Origin: an uncultured Candidatus Saccharibacteria bacterium | Lineage (GTDB): Bacteria > Patescibacteriota > Saccharimonadia > Saccharimonadales > JBBQAJ01 | Assembly: GCA_964593805.1 (NCBI GenBank) | Contig: CAZQHP010000001.1 | Coordinates: forward strand, 389,283 to 453,282 | Reading direction: 5' to 3' | Length of the DNA: 64,000 bases | Shown: piece by piece, positions 53,501-60,650 of the stretch | How the letters are laid out: every line of letters starts with the position of its first letter | How positions within the stretch are numbered: the stretch's first letter is position 1 | Program-made: the position numbers and the translations under genes | The notes under the pieces: generated by a model | Databases searched by the model: none | What the model was told of the DNA's origin: nothing | The model's input: only the letters and a program-made list of their open reading frames with translations

Positions 53501-54145
53501 TACGACGCCGTGCTTTCCGAGCAGGCGGTGGCTCTCAATACGCTCAAACCCGAACACGACGGCAAAACGGCACAAATAGGCGGCGCGATTACTGACATGC
53601 GCGAAATCACCACCAAAAATGGCCAAAAAATGGCTTTTGTCAAAATGGCTGACCAGTTCGGAGAAATCGAACTGGTGCTTTTCCCGAGTATTTACCAGCA
53701 AACTACCGGAATTTGGCAGCGCGACAGAGTGGTGATTGCCAAAGGCAAAGTTACCACCAAAGACAAAGAAGGCAACGCCACAGAGGATATAAAATTACTG
53801 GTAGACGATGCCCGCGAAATCACCCATGACCAAGCAGTCGCCTACCAGGCAACAGGCAAAAAACCCAAAGCCATCAAAGCTTCTAAACCAGTAAAGGGCA
53901 AAGGCGCTAAGGCTACGGTAGCAATCTCCGCCCGGGTCTACGTGCGTTTGCAAAACAGCGGCAACCCTAAAGAATTACTGTCTTTGAAACAAGCCATAGA
54001 CGCGCACCCTGGCGAGACTGAGGTGGTGCTGGTGATTGGCGAAGCAGACAAACAAATCATCCGGCTGCCAAATCGTATTGCCCACGAAACCGGTTTGGCG
54101 GAACTGCAATCAGTAATTGGCCACGACCACGTAAAGCTTCAATAG
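50537..54145 (+). CDS. dnaE: DNA polymerase III alpha subunit
   Basis: 1202 aa. It has the PHP domain (HLHNHTQYSLLDG), the palm (GPGRGSAAGS, MPDIDIDI), and HhH and OB-fold regions. Confidence 0.95.
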   Translation: MAKDSSLIAADYVHLHNHTQYSLLDGLTRVDQLMDYVVEQGMSAVAMTDHGTLSGTIEFYKEAVNHEVKPIIGIETYVAARGHTDKDPAKDKTRFHLILLAMNEAGYQNLMQLSTIANLDGFYYFPRIDHELLEKHNEGLLVLSACMGGEIGNALKENQYEKAKEIAKWYKNVFGDRYYLEIQDHGHPKNPMHNAEQQAINEQILKLGKELAIEVVVTCDAHYLRHEDQDAHEILLCVGTGSFLADEKRMSLKEFPLHVTPPGEIIKRWGATHPQVITNTKAIANRCSLEIDLGKILIPKFEVPKGKTEKSYLQELVYQGLAWRYGNVKREAAAKLSQDAAVKGLPPEVKKRAEYELGVIGQMGFNGYFLIIQDFINWGKNNGIVFGPGRGSAAGSIISYALNITELDPLKYDLLFERFLNPDRISMPDIDIDIQDTRRDEVIQYCVQKYGSDRVANIVTFGRMQARNAVRDVARVLQMPYADADRLAKMIPPPIQGRHIPLEASLRENSELKTEYETNEASKQVLDQAVRLEGTIRSHGVHAAGVVIAPDKLVKFAPLEMAQKGVVATQYSMGPIEELGLLKMDFLGLSNLTIIKNALRIVKKVYGNDLAVKDIPLDDAKTFKLFQSGDTTGLFQFESAGMKRYLKQLKPTVFEDLIAMNALYRPGPMQWIEDFIARKHGEKEISFLHPAMEPALKNTYGIIVYQEQVMQISKEMCGFTGGQADSLRKGIGKKIPAVLAKFKTEFIEGAVNTVGADRALMEKFWKQLEAFASYAFPKAHSSCYALIAYWTAYLKANYPDVFMAALMTSDYDDIDRLAIEITECKHMGIEVLAPDINESFNEFAVVPRKKQIRFGLRAVKNVGSNAVDEILRARDQIGSFKSLEDFFGSVNVRTVNRKSLESLMKAGAFDSLGERSVLLGNIDVLLAYANKTQKDAASGQTDLFGKLAGHVKPRLALNTAVPEINQHEQLLWERELLGLYLSQHPLSQYDAVLSEQAVALNTLKPEHDGKTAQIGGAITDMREITTKNGQKMAFVKMADQFGEIELVLFPSIYQQTTGIWQRDRVVIAKGKVTTKDKEGNATEDIKLLVDDAREITHDQAVAYQATGKKPKAIKASKPVKGKGAKATVAISARVYVRLQNSGNPKELLSLKQAIDAHPGETEVVLVIGEADKQIIRLPNRIAHETGLAELQSVIGHDHVKLQ

Positions 54146-54238
54146 CCCAAGGCGGCAAGATAGGGAAAAGAGCAGCCCGCCAAAATGTATTCCATTTTGC
54201 CGGCGCGATGAGAAAAACCGTAGGTTTGTCTCATGGTT

Positions 54239-55219
54239 TTAGCGGATGAAACCGGTGGTTTGGCTCAGGAAGCTGCCCGCTAGTACCAGGCTTACCAGCA
54301 CGCTGTCCAGCAGTGGGTGGTGCAGTACAAACCGTTCGCTGTCTCTTATGAGATGGCGCAATCCGGCGGCGTGTTTGATAAGCAGTATGGCCACGGCCAA
54401 GCCCGTTATGAGTCCGACTCCAAACAGTGCCCAGGGGGCTTGGCCGTTTGTCAGCGTTTGGATACGGGCTACCGCCGTTGTAGCCGGTTCGGTCACGACT
54501 GCAAGATCACTTGTAACGGGGGTGGACTGGCTTGGTTCGGCAGTACTGGCTACCGGTTGTGCGGCCGGGGTCTGTGCTACTTTGGTCTGAGCTGGCGCGG
54601 GAGCCGCCGCTATGGGAGCTGGGGCGCTTGCCGCCAGGACTTGCGGCTTGGCGTACATGGCCACTACCACAGTTTCCTCGCCGTCATTGTTGAAGTTTTC
54701 GCCATTGGCAAAACCGAACCCTACCTCTGTATACGTGGCGTCAAGCATATTGGCGCGGTGGGATGCGCTGTTCATCCAGCCTGTTACCGTGTCGTCGCTC
54801 GTTAGGAAGCCGTAAGCTAGGTTTTCGCCCGCCTTTTGGTATTTGTAGCCGGTATTGTCCACAAAAACCCAAGGCTGTTGGCCGTCAGGGGTGGTGTGCG
54901 ACCAGTAGTTGCGCGTAACCATATCATTGGCTTTGGCTTGGGCCGCCGATGACAAGCTGGTATTGAGTTGCAGGCTACCCGCACCGTTCTGGGTTCGTTG
55001 GCCGTTAGTGGCTTGCAGCAGCCCGCTGCCGCTCACACTGGTAGCATAAGCCAGCACGCCGCGCCTTTGGATTGGCTGGGCTATGTTTAAGAAAAAGGTT
55101 CCAATTACCAGCAAAAGCAGCGGCATATACGGCCAGTAGTGCCGATATTCGTTTTTACGGAGTTGTTTTGGTTTGCTGAGCGCACGAAAATTGTGCGGCC
55201 GGCCCAGCTTTTGCGCCAT
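54239..55219 (-). CDS. CAP/SCP/PR1-domain protein with N- and C-terminal TM helices
   Basis: NYWSHTTPDG, GENLAYGF and WMNSASHRANML are CAP-domain blocks, followed by an Ala/Pro-rich linker. The ORF track starts at 55225. The ATG at 55219 lies 6 nt after TGgTAGAAT (minus strand). Confidence 0.75.
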   Translation of the reverse strand: MAQKLGRPHNFRALSKPKQLRKNEYRHYWPYMPLLLLVIGTFFLNIAQPIQRRGVLAYATSVSGSGLLQATNGQRTQNGAGSLQLNTSLSSAAQAKANDMVTRNYWSHTTPDGQQPWVFVDNTGYKYQKAGENLAYGFLTSDDTVTGWMNSASHRANMLDATYTEVGFGFANGENFNNDGEETVVVAMYAKPQVLAASAPAPIAAAPAPAQTKVAQTPAAQPVASTAEPSQSTPVTSDLAVVTEPATTAVARIQTLTNGQAPWALFGVGLITGLAVAILLIKHAAGLRHLIRDSERFVLHHPLLDSVLVSLVLAGSFLSQTTGFIR

Positions 55220-55231
55220 AAGCATATTCTA

Positions 55232-55400
55232 CCACATCTTCGCACCGGTCACCCGGCCTATTGGCAGAGCCAAAAGCCCCGCTGACCTCTTGGCACCGGG
55301 CACAATTTTCCTCTGCGATGCTCGCAAGTAGTACTTTTCGTACAACTTGCTCCGCTTCTCGAGAAGAAATTACGCCCGGCACTCAAGTGCGAAGATGTGG
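55232..55400. other. 169-nt structured intergenic element closed by a perfect 14-bp inverted repeat
   Basis: CCACATCTTCGCAC (55232-55245) pairs with GTGCGAAGATGTGG (55387-55400). Internal hairpins include GCAAGT-a-GTAC-ttttc-GTAC-a-ACTTGC (55334-55360), CCGGGC/GCCCGG, TTGGC/GCCAA/TTGGC alternatives, and the palindrome CTTCTCGAGAAG (55365-55376). Confidence 0.5.
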
Positions 55401-55407
55401 GTCCGTC

Positions 55408-55902
55408 TTAGCGGAAGCGGCAATGATACAAGCCCATAGCCGCGGCCTGAACCACGTTGAAAGATTCTTTTTTGCCGAGCATGGGTATTTCTAGTGCTAA
55501 GTCGCAAGCTTTAAGCACTTCTGGTTCAATTCCTTCGGTTTCGCGGCCAACAACCAAGGCTATTTTTGGCGTAGGAGACCACTTGGTCAAATCAACCGAT
55601 TCAGGAGTTTGCTCGAGCCCGGCAACAGTGTATGCGCCAGCCCGCAACGCTTCTATAACGTTCATAATATCTGGGTCATGCGCCCAGGCGACCGTTTCCT
55701 CGGCGCCAAGTGCTGTTTTTTGAATTTGCTTGTGTATTTTGGTGGCAATATGCGGCAGCCGAACGTCATCTTTTTGCTTGGGATAAGGCGTGTATCCAGT
55801 CAAATAGACTTTGGTCACTCCCAGCCCATCAGCAGTCCGCAACAAAGACCCCACATTGTGGCAACTCCGTAAATTATGAGCAATCAGTACAATATCCCGC
55901 AT
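55408..55902 (-). CDS. SpoU/TrmH-family RNA 2'-O-methyltransferase
   Basis: IVLIAHNLRSCHNVGSLLRTADGLGV, LVVGRETEGI and IPMLGKKESFNVVQAAAMGLY are the SPOUT motifs. The ORF track starts at 55968. The ATG at 55902 (MRDIVLIA) is preferred because TTTACA-16nt-TACACT-6nt precedes it. Confidence 0.8.
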   Translation of the reverse strand: MRDIVLIAHNLRSCHNVGSLLRTADGLGVTKVYLTGYTPYPKQKDDVRLPHIATKIHKQIQKTALGAEETVAWAHDPDIMNVIEALRAGAYTVAGLEQTPESVDLTKWSPTPKIALVVGRETEGIEPEVLKACDLALEIPMLGKKESFNVVQAAAMGLYHCRFR

Positions 55903-55961
55903 AACCCCAGTGTATAAACTTCCCAAACTTTGTAAAGCTCTATAATCTCCCTCGTCTACAG
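55817..55961. repeat. Direct repeat copy 1 (trmH promoter plus the first 30 or so codons)
   Basis: About 145 bp, matching 57276-57421 in the same orientation. By hand alignment I counted about 18 differences including 1 indel. Confidence 0.75.
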
Positions 55962-56006
55962 TAACCAATCTTTACATGGTTAAGTATTGGAATATACTCA
56001 TTAACG

Positions 56007-56585
56007 ATGAGTGGCGAAACTATTCCAAAAGCAACACCAAGACAAAGAGTCTTTGCGGGAGTTGCCGTACTTGGTCTGTTCGGAAGCCCCTTTGCAGCCC
56101 ATGCGCTTGAGCACAAACTTGACTCTCAGTATCGGCCTCCCGAGACGGTTGCTAAAGAGCATGCCATGCAAGAGGCTGTTAGACGGGGCGACTGTTATCA
56201 AGTACTCAGAGATAATTATGATAGCAATCGAGGAGCTTCGGTCATCAGATTAGCGAGCATGACTGACCAAGAACGAACGGCATGCGGTGTCAGGGTCACT
56301 AGAGACACACTTGGAAACCTAAATGTCGATGTGGAATTAGGAGGGCAACAGCTTGAGCGTAACTCTAACCCATTGTTGCAGCTTCCCGATGAGCAACAAG
56401 TATCAGCTGCAAATAATGAGGTATACGAAAGGATCCAATCTGGTTACTGGGACGGTACGCCCTATCAACAGAGGAGCTGGGAGCTCTACGCGTTCATTGC
56501 AAGCTTCGTATTCGCTGGAGCCACAGGCGCTGGAATAGAAATAATAAACATGAGAAAAGGGCAGAAGCCAGTACCCAGCTACTAG
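56007..56585 (+). CDS. Hypothetical exported protein with a C-terminal TM anchor
   Basis: 192 aa. Signal-like N-terminus (VFAGVAVLGLFGSPFAAHA) and C-terminal TM helix (LYAFIASFVFAGATGAGIEI). It lies inside the repeat-bracketed insertion and is AT-richer by eye. Confidence 0.5.
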   Translation: MSGETIPKATPRQRVFAGVAVLGLFGSPFAAHALEHKLDSQYRPPETVAKEHAMQEAVRRGDCYQVLRDNYDSNRGASVIRLASMTDQERTACGVRVTRDTLGNLNVDVELGGQQLERNSNPLLQLPDEQQVSAANNEVYERIQSGYWDGTPYQQRSWELYAFIASFVFAGATGAGIEIINMRKGQKPVPSY

Positions 56586-56661
56586 CTCAATAACTTTTGC
56601 ATTCCAGACACGAATCTCCCATCCCCAGCTAATTTTTAATCGTATGCATTATACTTAGGCA

Positions 56662-57189
56662 ATGGATTACAGACTGCCGCTAATACTGTCGGCTTTGTTG
56701 ATAAATGGAGTGCACGGTTCGTTACTTGTATTTCATAAAACTAAGCGAAAATGGACTATCAGCGAACACGCAATTTTGGGTAAAAAATCCTTCCTTGTTT
56801 ACGTTATCGGCCACTTGCTGAACGGTATATTGTTTTTAATCTTTGCTAGAAACTATTTCCTAGGCGTTGTGAGCATGAAAGGTATATTTGCTTTGAGCGT
56901 CTGGACCGTGGCATTTGAATATATACAGGCCTTGCTGCCAGCAAAGGGTAAAACAAACGTGCCTCACACAATCGCAGCTTTAACTATGTGGGTTTCGTTT
57001 CTGTCATTAGGGTTGCTCTGTATAGCTTTCCTGCCTGTGGGAGCTTCCAGAAAAATATTAGCGTCGGTGACGTATTCTTGCATACTTGCTGTTTTGGTTT
57101 ATGCCAACAGCCATAGGCAAGAAACATATTCATGTCAGATGCTCATGGTTTTATTGTTCTATGCAGCAATGCTAGTACTTGTGGCTTAA
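56662..57189 (+). CDS. Hypothetical polytopic membrane protein
   Basis: 175 aa with about 5 hydrophobic helices. It lies inside the repeat-bracketed insertion. Confidence 0.5.
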   Translation: MDYRLPLILSALLINGVHGSLLVFHKTKRKWTISEHAILGKKSFLVYVIGHLLNGILFLIFARNYFLGVVSMKGIFALSVWTVAFEYIQALLPAKGKTNVPHTIAALTMWVSFLSLGLLCIAFLPVGASRKILASVTYSCILAVLVYANSHRQETYSCQMLMVLLFYAAMLVLVA

Positions 57190-57247
57190 CCAAAAATCCC
57201 AACCTCGTTAACTGCCCCCAGCCAATCTATTTTGCACAAAATAACAC

Positions 57248-57361
57248 CTACAGAGGAACGTCCACTTTTTTGCCCACGCCCAGCCCGTCTGCGGTCCGCA
57301 GCAAAGACCCCACATTGTGGCAACTCCGCAAATTATGAGCAATCAACACAATCTTTCGCAT
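57248..57361 (-). pseudogene. Truncated 5' fragment of a trmH paralogue (37 codons, then stop)
   Basis: My translation is MRKIVLIAHNLRSCHNVGSLLRTADGLGVGKKVDVPL*. The intact gene reads MRDIVLIAHNLRSCHNVGSLLRTADGLGVTKVYL. The upstream promoter copy has a degraded -10 box (CACACT). Confidence 0.65.
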
Positions 57362-57421
57362 AACCCCAGTGTGTAAACTTCCCGCACTTTGTAAAGCTCT
57401 ATAATCGTCCCTTATCTCCAG
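57276..57421. repeat. Direct repeat copy 2
   Basis: See 55817-55961. Confidence 0.75.
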
Positions 57422-57429
57422 CCAGTTTT

Positions 57430-57909
57430 TTAAAAAGTCTCAGACTCCCCTACAGGAACTGGCTTACAATATTCCACTACGTTACTAGAAATAACGTCGT
57501 GTACCGATACGAAGGCTGGATACCACGTTTCGTAGCCTTCGTCGCCAGTGAGTTCAACGTAGTCATCAAGAATATCATGTAGATTGGTGGCAAACTTTAC
57601 TTGATCCTCGGAAGCTAATGCTGGTCCGAAAGCAAATTCCACAGTGTACTGCCCACCACCAACATCCGTCACTAGAATATCCGACTGGCTACAAGCAAAG
57701 TACCCAGCAGCAAAACTGAGCTTTGCCCATGTTTCCGCATCCGGGAGCGCTCGCATCATCTCAGCGATACCAGCGTCTGAAGGTTCAAAATGTTGAGCTA
57801 TTTCAGGAAAAGTATCTTTCGGGGGGAGTTCGGCCTCTTCTCTTGAGCTACAAGACCCAGCAACCAAACCAAGAGCAGCGCCTACCACTAGACTTCTTAA
57901 ATATTTCAT
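57430..57909 (-). CDS. Putative lipoprotein, unknown function
   Basis: 159 aa. Signal peptide with the lipobox-like LVAGSC. Acidic mature domain. Confidence 0.5.
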   Translation of the reverse strand: MKYLRSLVVGAALGLVAGSCSSREEAELPPKDTFPEIAQHFEPSDAGIAEMMRALPDAETWAKLSFAAGYFACSQSDILVTDVGGGQYTVEFAFGPALASEDQVKFATNLHDILDDYVELTGDEGYETWYPAFVSVHDVISSNVVEYCKPVPVGESETF

Positions 57910-57967
57910 TGACTTTATTTATATCATTTATTATGCGCCTAGACTAATCACAACATTTTGATAACGT

Positions 57968-57991
57968 GGTTCGAATCCTGCACCCCCAGCC
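57968..57991 (+). repeat. Orphan tRNA 3'-end fragment (T-loop plus acceptor strand), possible att remnant
   Basis: GGTTCGAATCCTGCACCCCCAGCC consists of a T-loop, 3' T-stem, 3' acceptor ACCCCCA, discriminator G and CC. No complementary TGGGGGT or 5' T-stem lies in the preceding 75 nt. Confidence 0.5.
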
Positions 57992-58036
57992 TGGAACACT
58001 TAGCTTTATGAACTAGCTATGGTTATAATAGGCGCT

Positions 58037-59635
58037 ATGAGTCAAGATGCTAGGGCGGACGAAGAAGCCAATACGCTGCGGCGAGCGCAGATTCTGAATC
58101 TTCAGTATTCTGATACCTCTGCCAGCCAGAAACAGCTGTACAAAGACCTGCTGCCACTGCCGGATATGTACAATTTGCGTGTGGTTCCGCTTGTGGCGGA
58201 TGATCACAATGTAACTTTTGGCGTCACCAACACGACTTCACAGCAAACCATGACCCGGATGCGCCAGCAATTTTTGGATCAGCGAGTTACTTTCATGCTG
58301 ATTTCTGACACCGGCTACCGTGAATACATGAAGCTTTACGACCCGCCAAAAGCCGTAGAATACCATAACATTTCGCTGGCGCGGAGCGGCAATGATGACC
58401 GATCTGCCCAGGTATCGGCCACGCTTGAACAAGTCCGCGCCGACGATATGTTGGCTTATTTGGTACAGCAAGCGCACGGACTGAACGCTTCAGACATACA
58501 CCTAGAAACTCAAAAAGATTTTACCCGCGTGCGGTTTCGAGTAGACGGCGTACTGCACGCTGTGGCACGGCTCAGCGCTGAAAAATACCGCGTCCTAATC
58601 GCGGCCATTGCCAGCGCCGGCAACATATCCACTTCTGCCGCCGATGCCCAGCAGGGGCACATAGCCCAAAAAGTCAAAATGGCCGACGGAGCGGAAGTAG
58701 ACGTAAATGTTCGCCTGGAAACCGTGCCTACCATCAACGGCATAGATGTGGTCATGCGCCTGTTTAACATGGACCAGGCCATGTACAGCCTGGACCGGCT
58801 TGGCCTGTCGCCGCCCGAACGGCAAGTAGTGGACGATATTATTGCCAAACCCAGCGGCCTGGTGCTGGCGGTGGGTCCGACTGGTTCGGGCAAGACGACC
58901 ACCCTGTACTCTATGCTGAACAGCCTGAACATAGAAGAACGCAAAATTATCACCATTGAGGACCCGGTGGAATACCAGTTTGCCGGCATCACGCAGATTT
59001 CGGTAACGTCTCAAAATTCTCAGGAAACCAACTTTGCGGACAAATTGCGCGCGGTACTGCGCCTGGATCCGGATATTGTGATGGTGGGCGAGATTCGCGA
59101 TGGCGACACGGCCAAAACGGCCCTGCAAGCGGCTCTAACTGGCCACCTAGTGCTTTCTACCTTTCACGCCAGCTCTGCCGCCGCGGCGCTTACCAGGATG
59201 ATGGACGTGATTGGGCAAAACCCGCTGTTTGTGTCCGCCATACGCCTGGTGATGGCCCAGCGCTTGGTGCGTCGTTTGGATGACCAAACCAAGCAAGCCT
59301 ACCAGCCAGACCAAGCCGCGCTAGGCAAAATTCGCGAAGTTTTGGATACTTTGCCGGCTGGCGTCCAAAAACCAGCGCTCGAAGGGTTACAGCTTTACAA
59401 ACCCGGTTCATCAGATGAAAACCCCTATGGTTTTAAAGGCCAGTTGGCTCTCCGCGAACAGTTTATGATGAAAGGCAAGGTAGCTGAATTGCTAAGCGAA
59501 GGCCACAGCCCTACTACGCAGGACATAGAAGCCGCGGCCATCGCCAGCGGGATGACTACCATGCTGCAAGACGGTATCCTGAAAGTCGTAGCCGGCCAAA
59601 CGACCCTAGAAGAACTCTACCGCGTCATCGGATAA
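58037..59635 (+). CDS. pilB: Type IV pilus / type II secretion ATPase (PilB/GspE family)
   Basis: Walker A GPTGSGKTTT, the Asp box and Walker B (IVMVGEIRD), the His box (LVLSTFHA) and an N-terminal GspE_N-like domain. The ORF track starts at 58019. The ATG at 58037 lies 7 nt after TATAAT. Confidence 0.85.
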   Translation: MSQDARADEEANTLRRAQILNLQYSDTSASQKQLYKDLLPLPDMYNLRVVPLVADDHNVTFGVTNTTSQQTMTRMRQQFLDQRVTFMLISDTGYREYMKLYDPPKAVEYHNISLARSGNDDRSAQVSATLEQVRADDMLAYLVQQAHGLNASDIHLETQKDFTRVRFRVDGVLHAVARLSAEKYRVLIAAIASAGNISTSAADAQQGHIAQKVKMADGAEVDVNVRLETVPTINGIDVVMRLFNMDQAMYSLDRLGLSPPERQVVDDIIAKPSGLVLAVGPTGSGKTTTLYSMLNSLNIEERKIITIEDPVEYQFAGITQISVTSQNSQETNFADKLRAVLRLDPDIVMVGEIRDGDTAKTALQAALTGHLVLSTFHASSAAAALTRMMDVIGQNPLFVSAIRLVMAQRLVRRLDDQTKQAYQPDQAALGKIREVLDTLPAGVQKPALEGLQLYKPGSSDENPYGFKGQLALREQFMMKGKVAELLSEGHSPTTQDIEAAAIASGMTTMLQDGILKVVAGQTTLEELYRVIG

Positions 59636-59753
59636 GTTAAACACACTAAATACTTACCAAATAATACTCGGACACATTCCCGACTTTTAGAGGTCCGCCC
59701 ATTATGTTCCATAAACGCTTGTATTAGCAATGCAATTGTTGTATAATATAACT

Positions 59754-60530
59754 ATGGCAACCCCTGAGCGCTTCGTGCGTGACCCCGGCCAACCCGTAAA
59801 TGCAGTGGATTTTGCAGCATATTCACGTGGTACGAAAGAACCTCTTTGGGAAGATCGCAAAATTTTATCGTACCCAGTTGCTGACTTGGGCGTTATCCCA
59901 CTGTTACATGTTGTTAAGGCGCTCCCTTACGGCATTATAGATTTTAAAACTATGGTTTCTGGTAATGGAGAAGTTGGTGGAGTAAAAACAAGTTACGACG
60001 ATTGGGCGCCTGATGGCAGACAACCACAGAAAGACGAAAAGCTTGGCGAACAAATTGAAGAAAGACTAGCCTACGCAAGACTAGCGCACGCTGCATTAAC
60101 GCCGAGTATTGCAATTGTTGCTAATGATTATCGAGAACGACTTGAGCTAAACGGCTGGGATATAAGCGTAGATATTCAAGGTGCTAAGCACCAAGTAACT
60201 GAGGCTACTGATTTGACAGACCCTAACCTTGATAATGCTCAGTGGCCGCATCTAGACATACGAGGTTTATGGTACTTTGCTTCAATCGGTAAATCTACTC
60301 GCTATTGGCCGGGTGCGTTTAATGTAAGCCTGAAAGATATTGAAGACGACCACCCATTTTACGAACAACAAATTGCCGCCCAACAATCGCCTGAATGCTC
60401 ACTGCCAGAAGATAGCATTGTTTGCGTAGACCGACATCTACTCCATGCAATACCGGTATTCACACCAGAAGAGGTTCCTGCCGATCGGCTAATGGTTTCA
60501 CTTAGCCCAAATCACTCAACCCCACTATAG
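59754..60530 (+). CDS. Hypothetical protein, possible DSBH oxygenase-like fold
   Basis: The ORF track starts at 59730. The ATG at 59754 lies 6 nt after TATAAT. Motifs are WPHLDIR (HxD), LPEDSIVCVD, LLHAIP (H) and DRLMVSL (R). Confidence 0.45.
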   Translation: MATPERFVRDPGQPVNAVDFAAYSRGTKEPLWEDRKILSYPVADLGVIPLLHVVKALPYGIIDFKTMVSGNGEVGGVKTSYDDWAPDGRQPQKDEKLGEQIEERLAYARLAHAALTPSIAIVANDYRERLELNGWDISVDIQGAKHQVTEATDLTDPNLDNAQWPHLDIRGLWYFASIGKSTRYWPGAFNVSLKDIEDDHPFYEQQIAAQQSPECSLPEDSIVCVDRHLLHAIPVFTPEEVPADRLMVSLSPNHSTPL

Positions 60531-60650
60531 TTCTTTATTCCAAGAGTTACCCTTGGGAAGTCGCTTGGATGGGGCAAAGATAAAAGTATTTTAAGATTTG
60601 TAGGACTGCACGAGTACGCTACGTTGCATCTAGCGCAAAAATAAGCCTGC

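Noticed and set aside
55232-55400. Considered calling the 169-nt inverted-repeat element a MITE, 6S RNA or SRP RNA.
   Set aside because: No target-site duplication flanks the 14-bp arms (ttcta on one side, gtccg on the other). There is no second copy in the window. It has no SRP domain IV motif and no 6S-like rod with a central bubble. It is left unclassified.
57915-57991. Tested whether the tRNA-like 3' end at 57968-57991 belongs to a complete tRNA or a tmRNA terminus.
   Set aside because: No complementary acceptor 5' strand (TGGGGGT) or 5' T-stem lies upstream. The end is GCC-T and not ACCA. It is kept only as a fragment/att-scar hypothesis.
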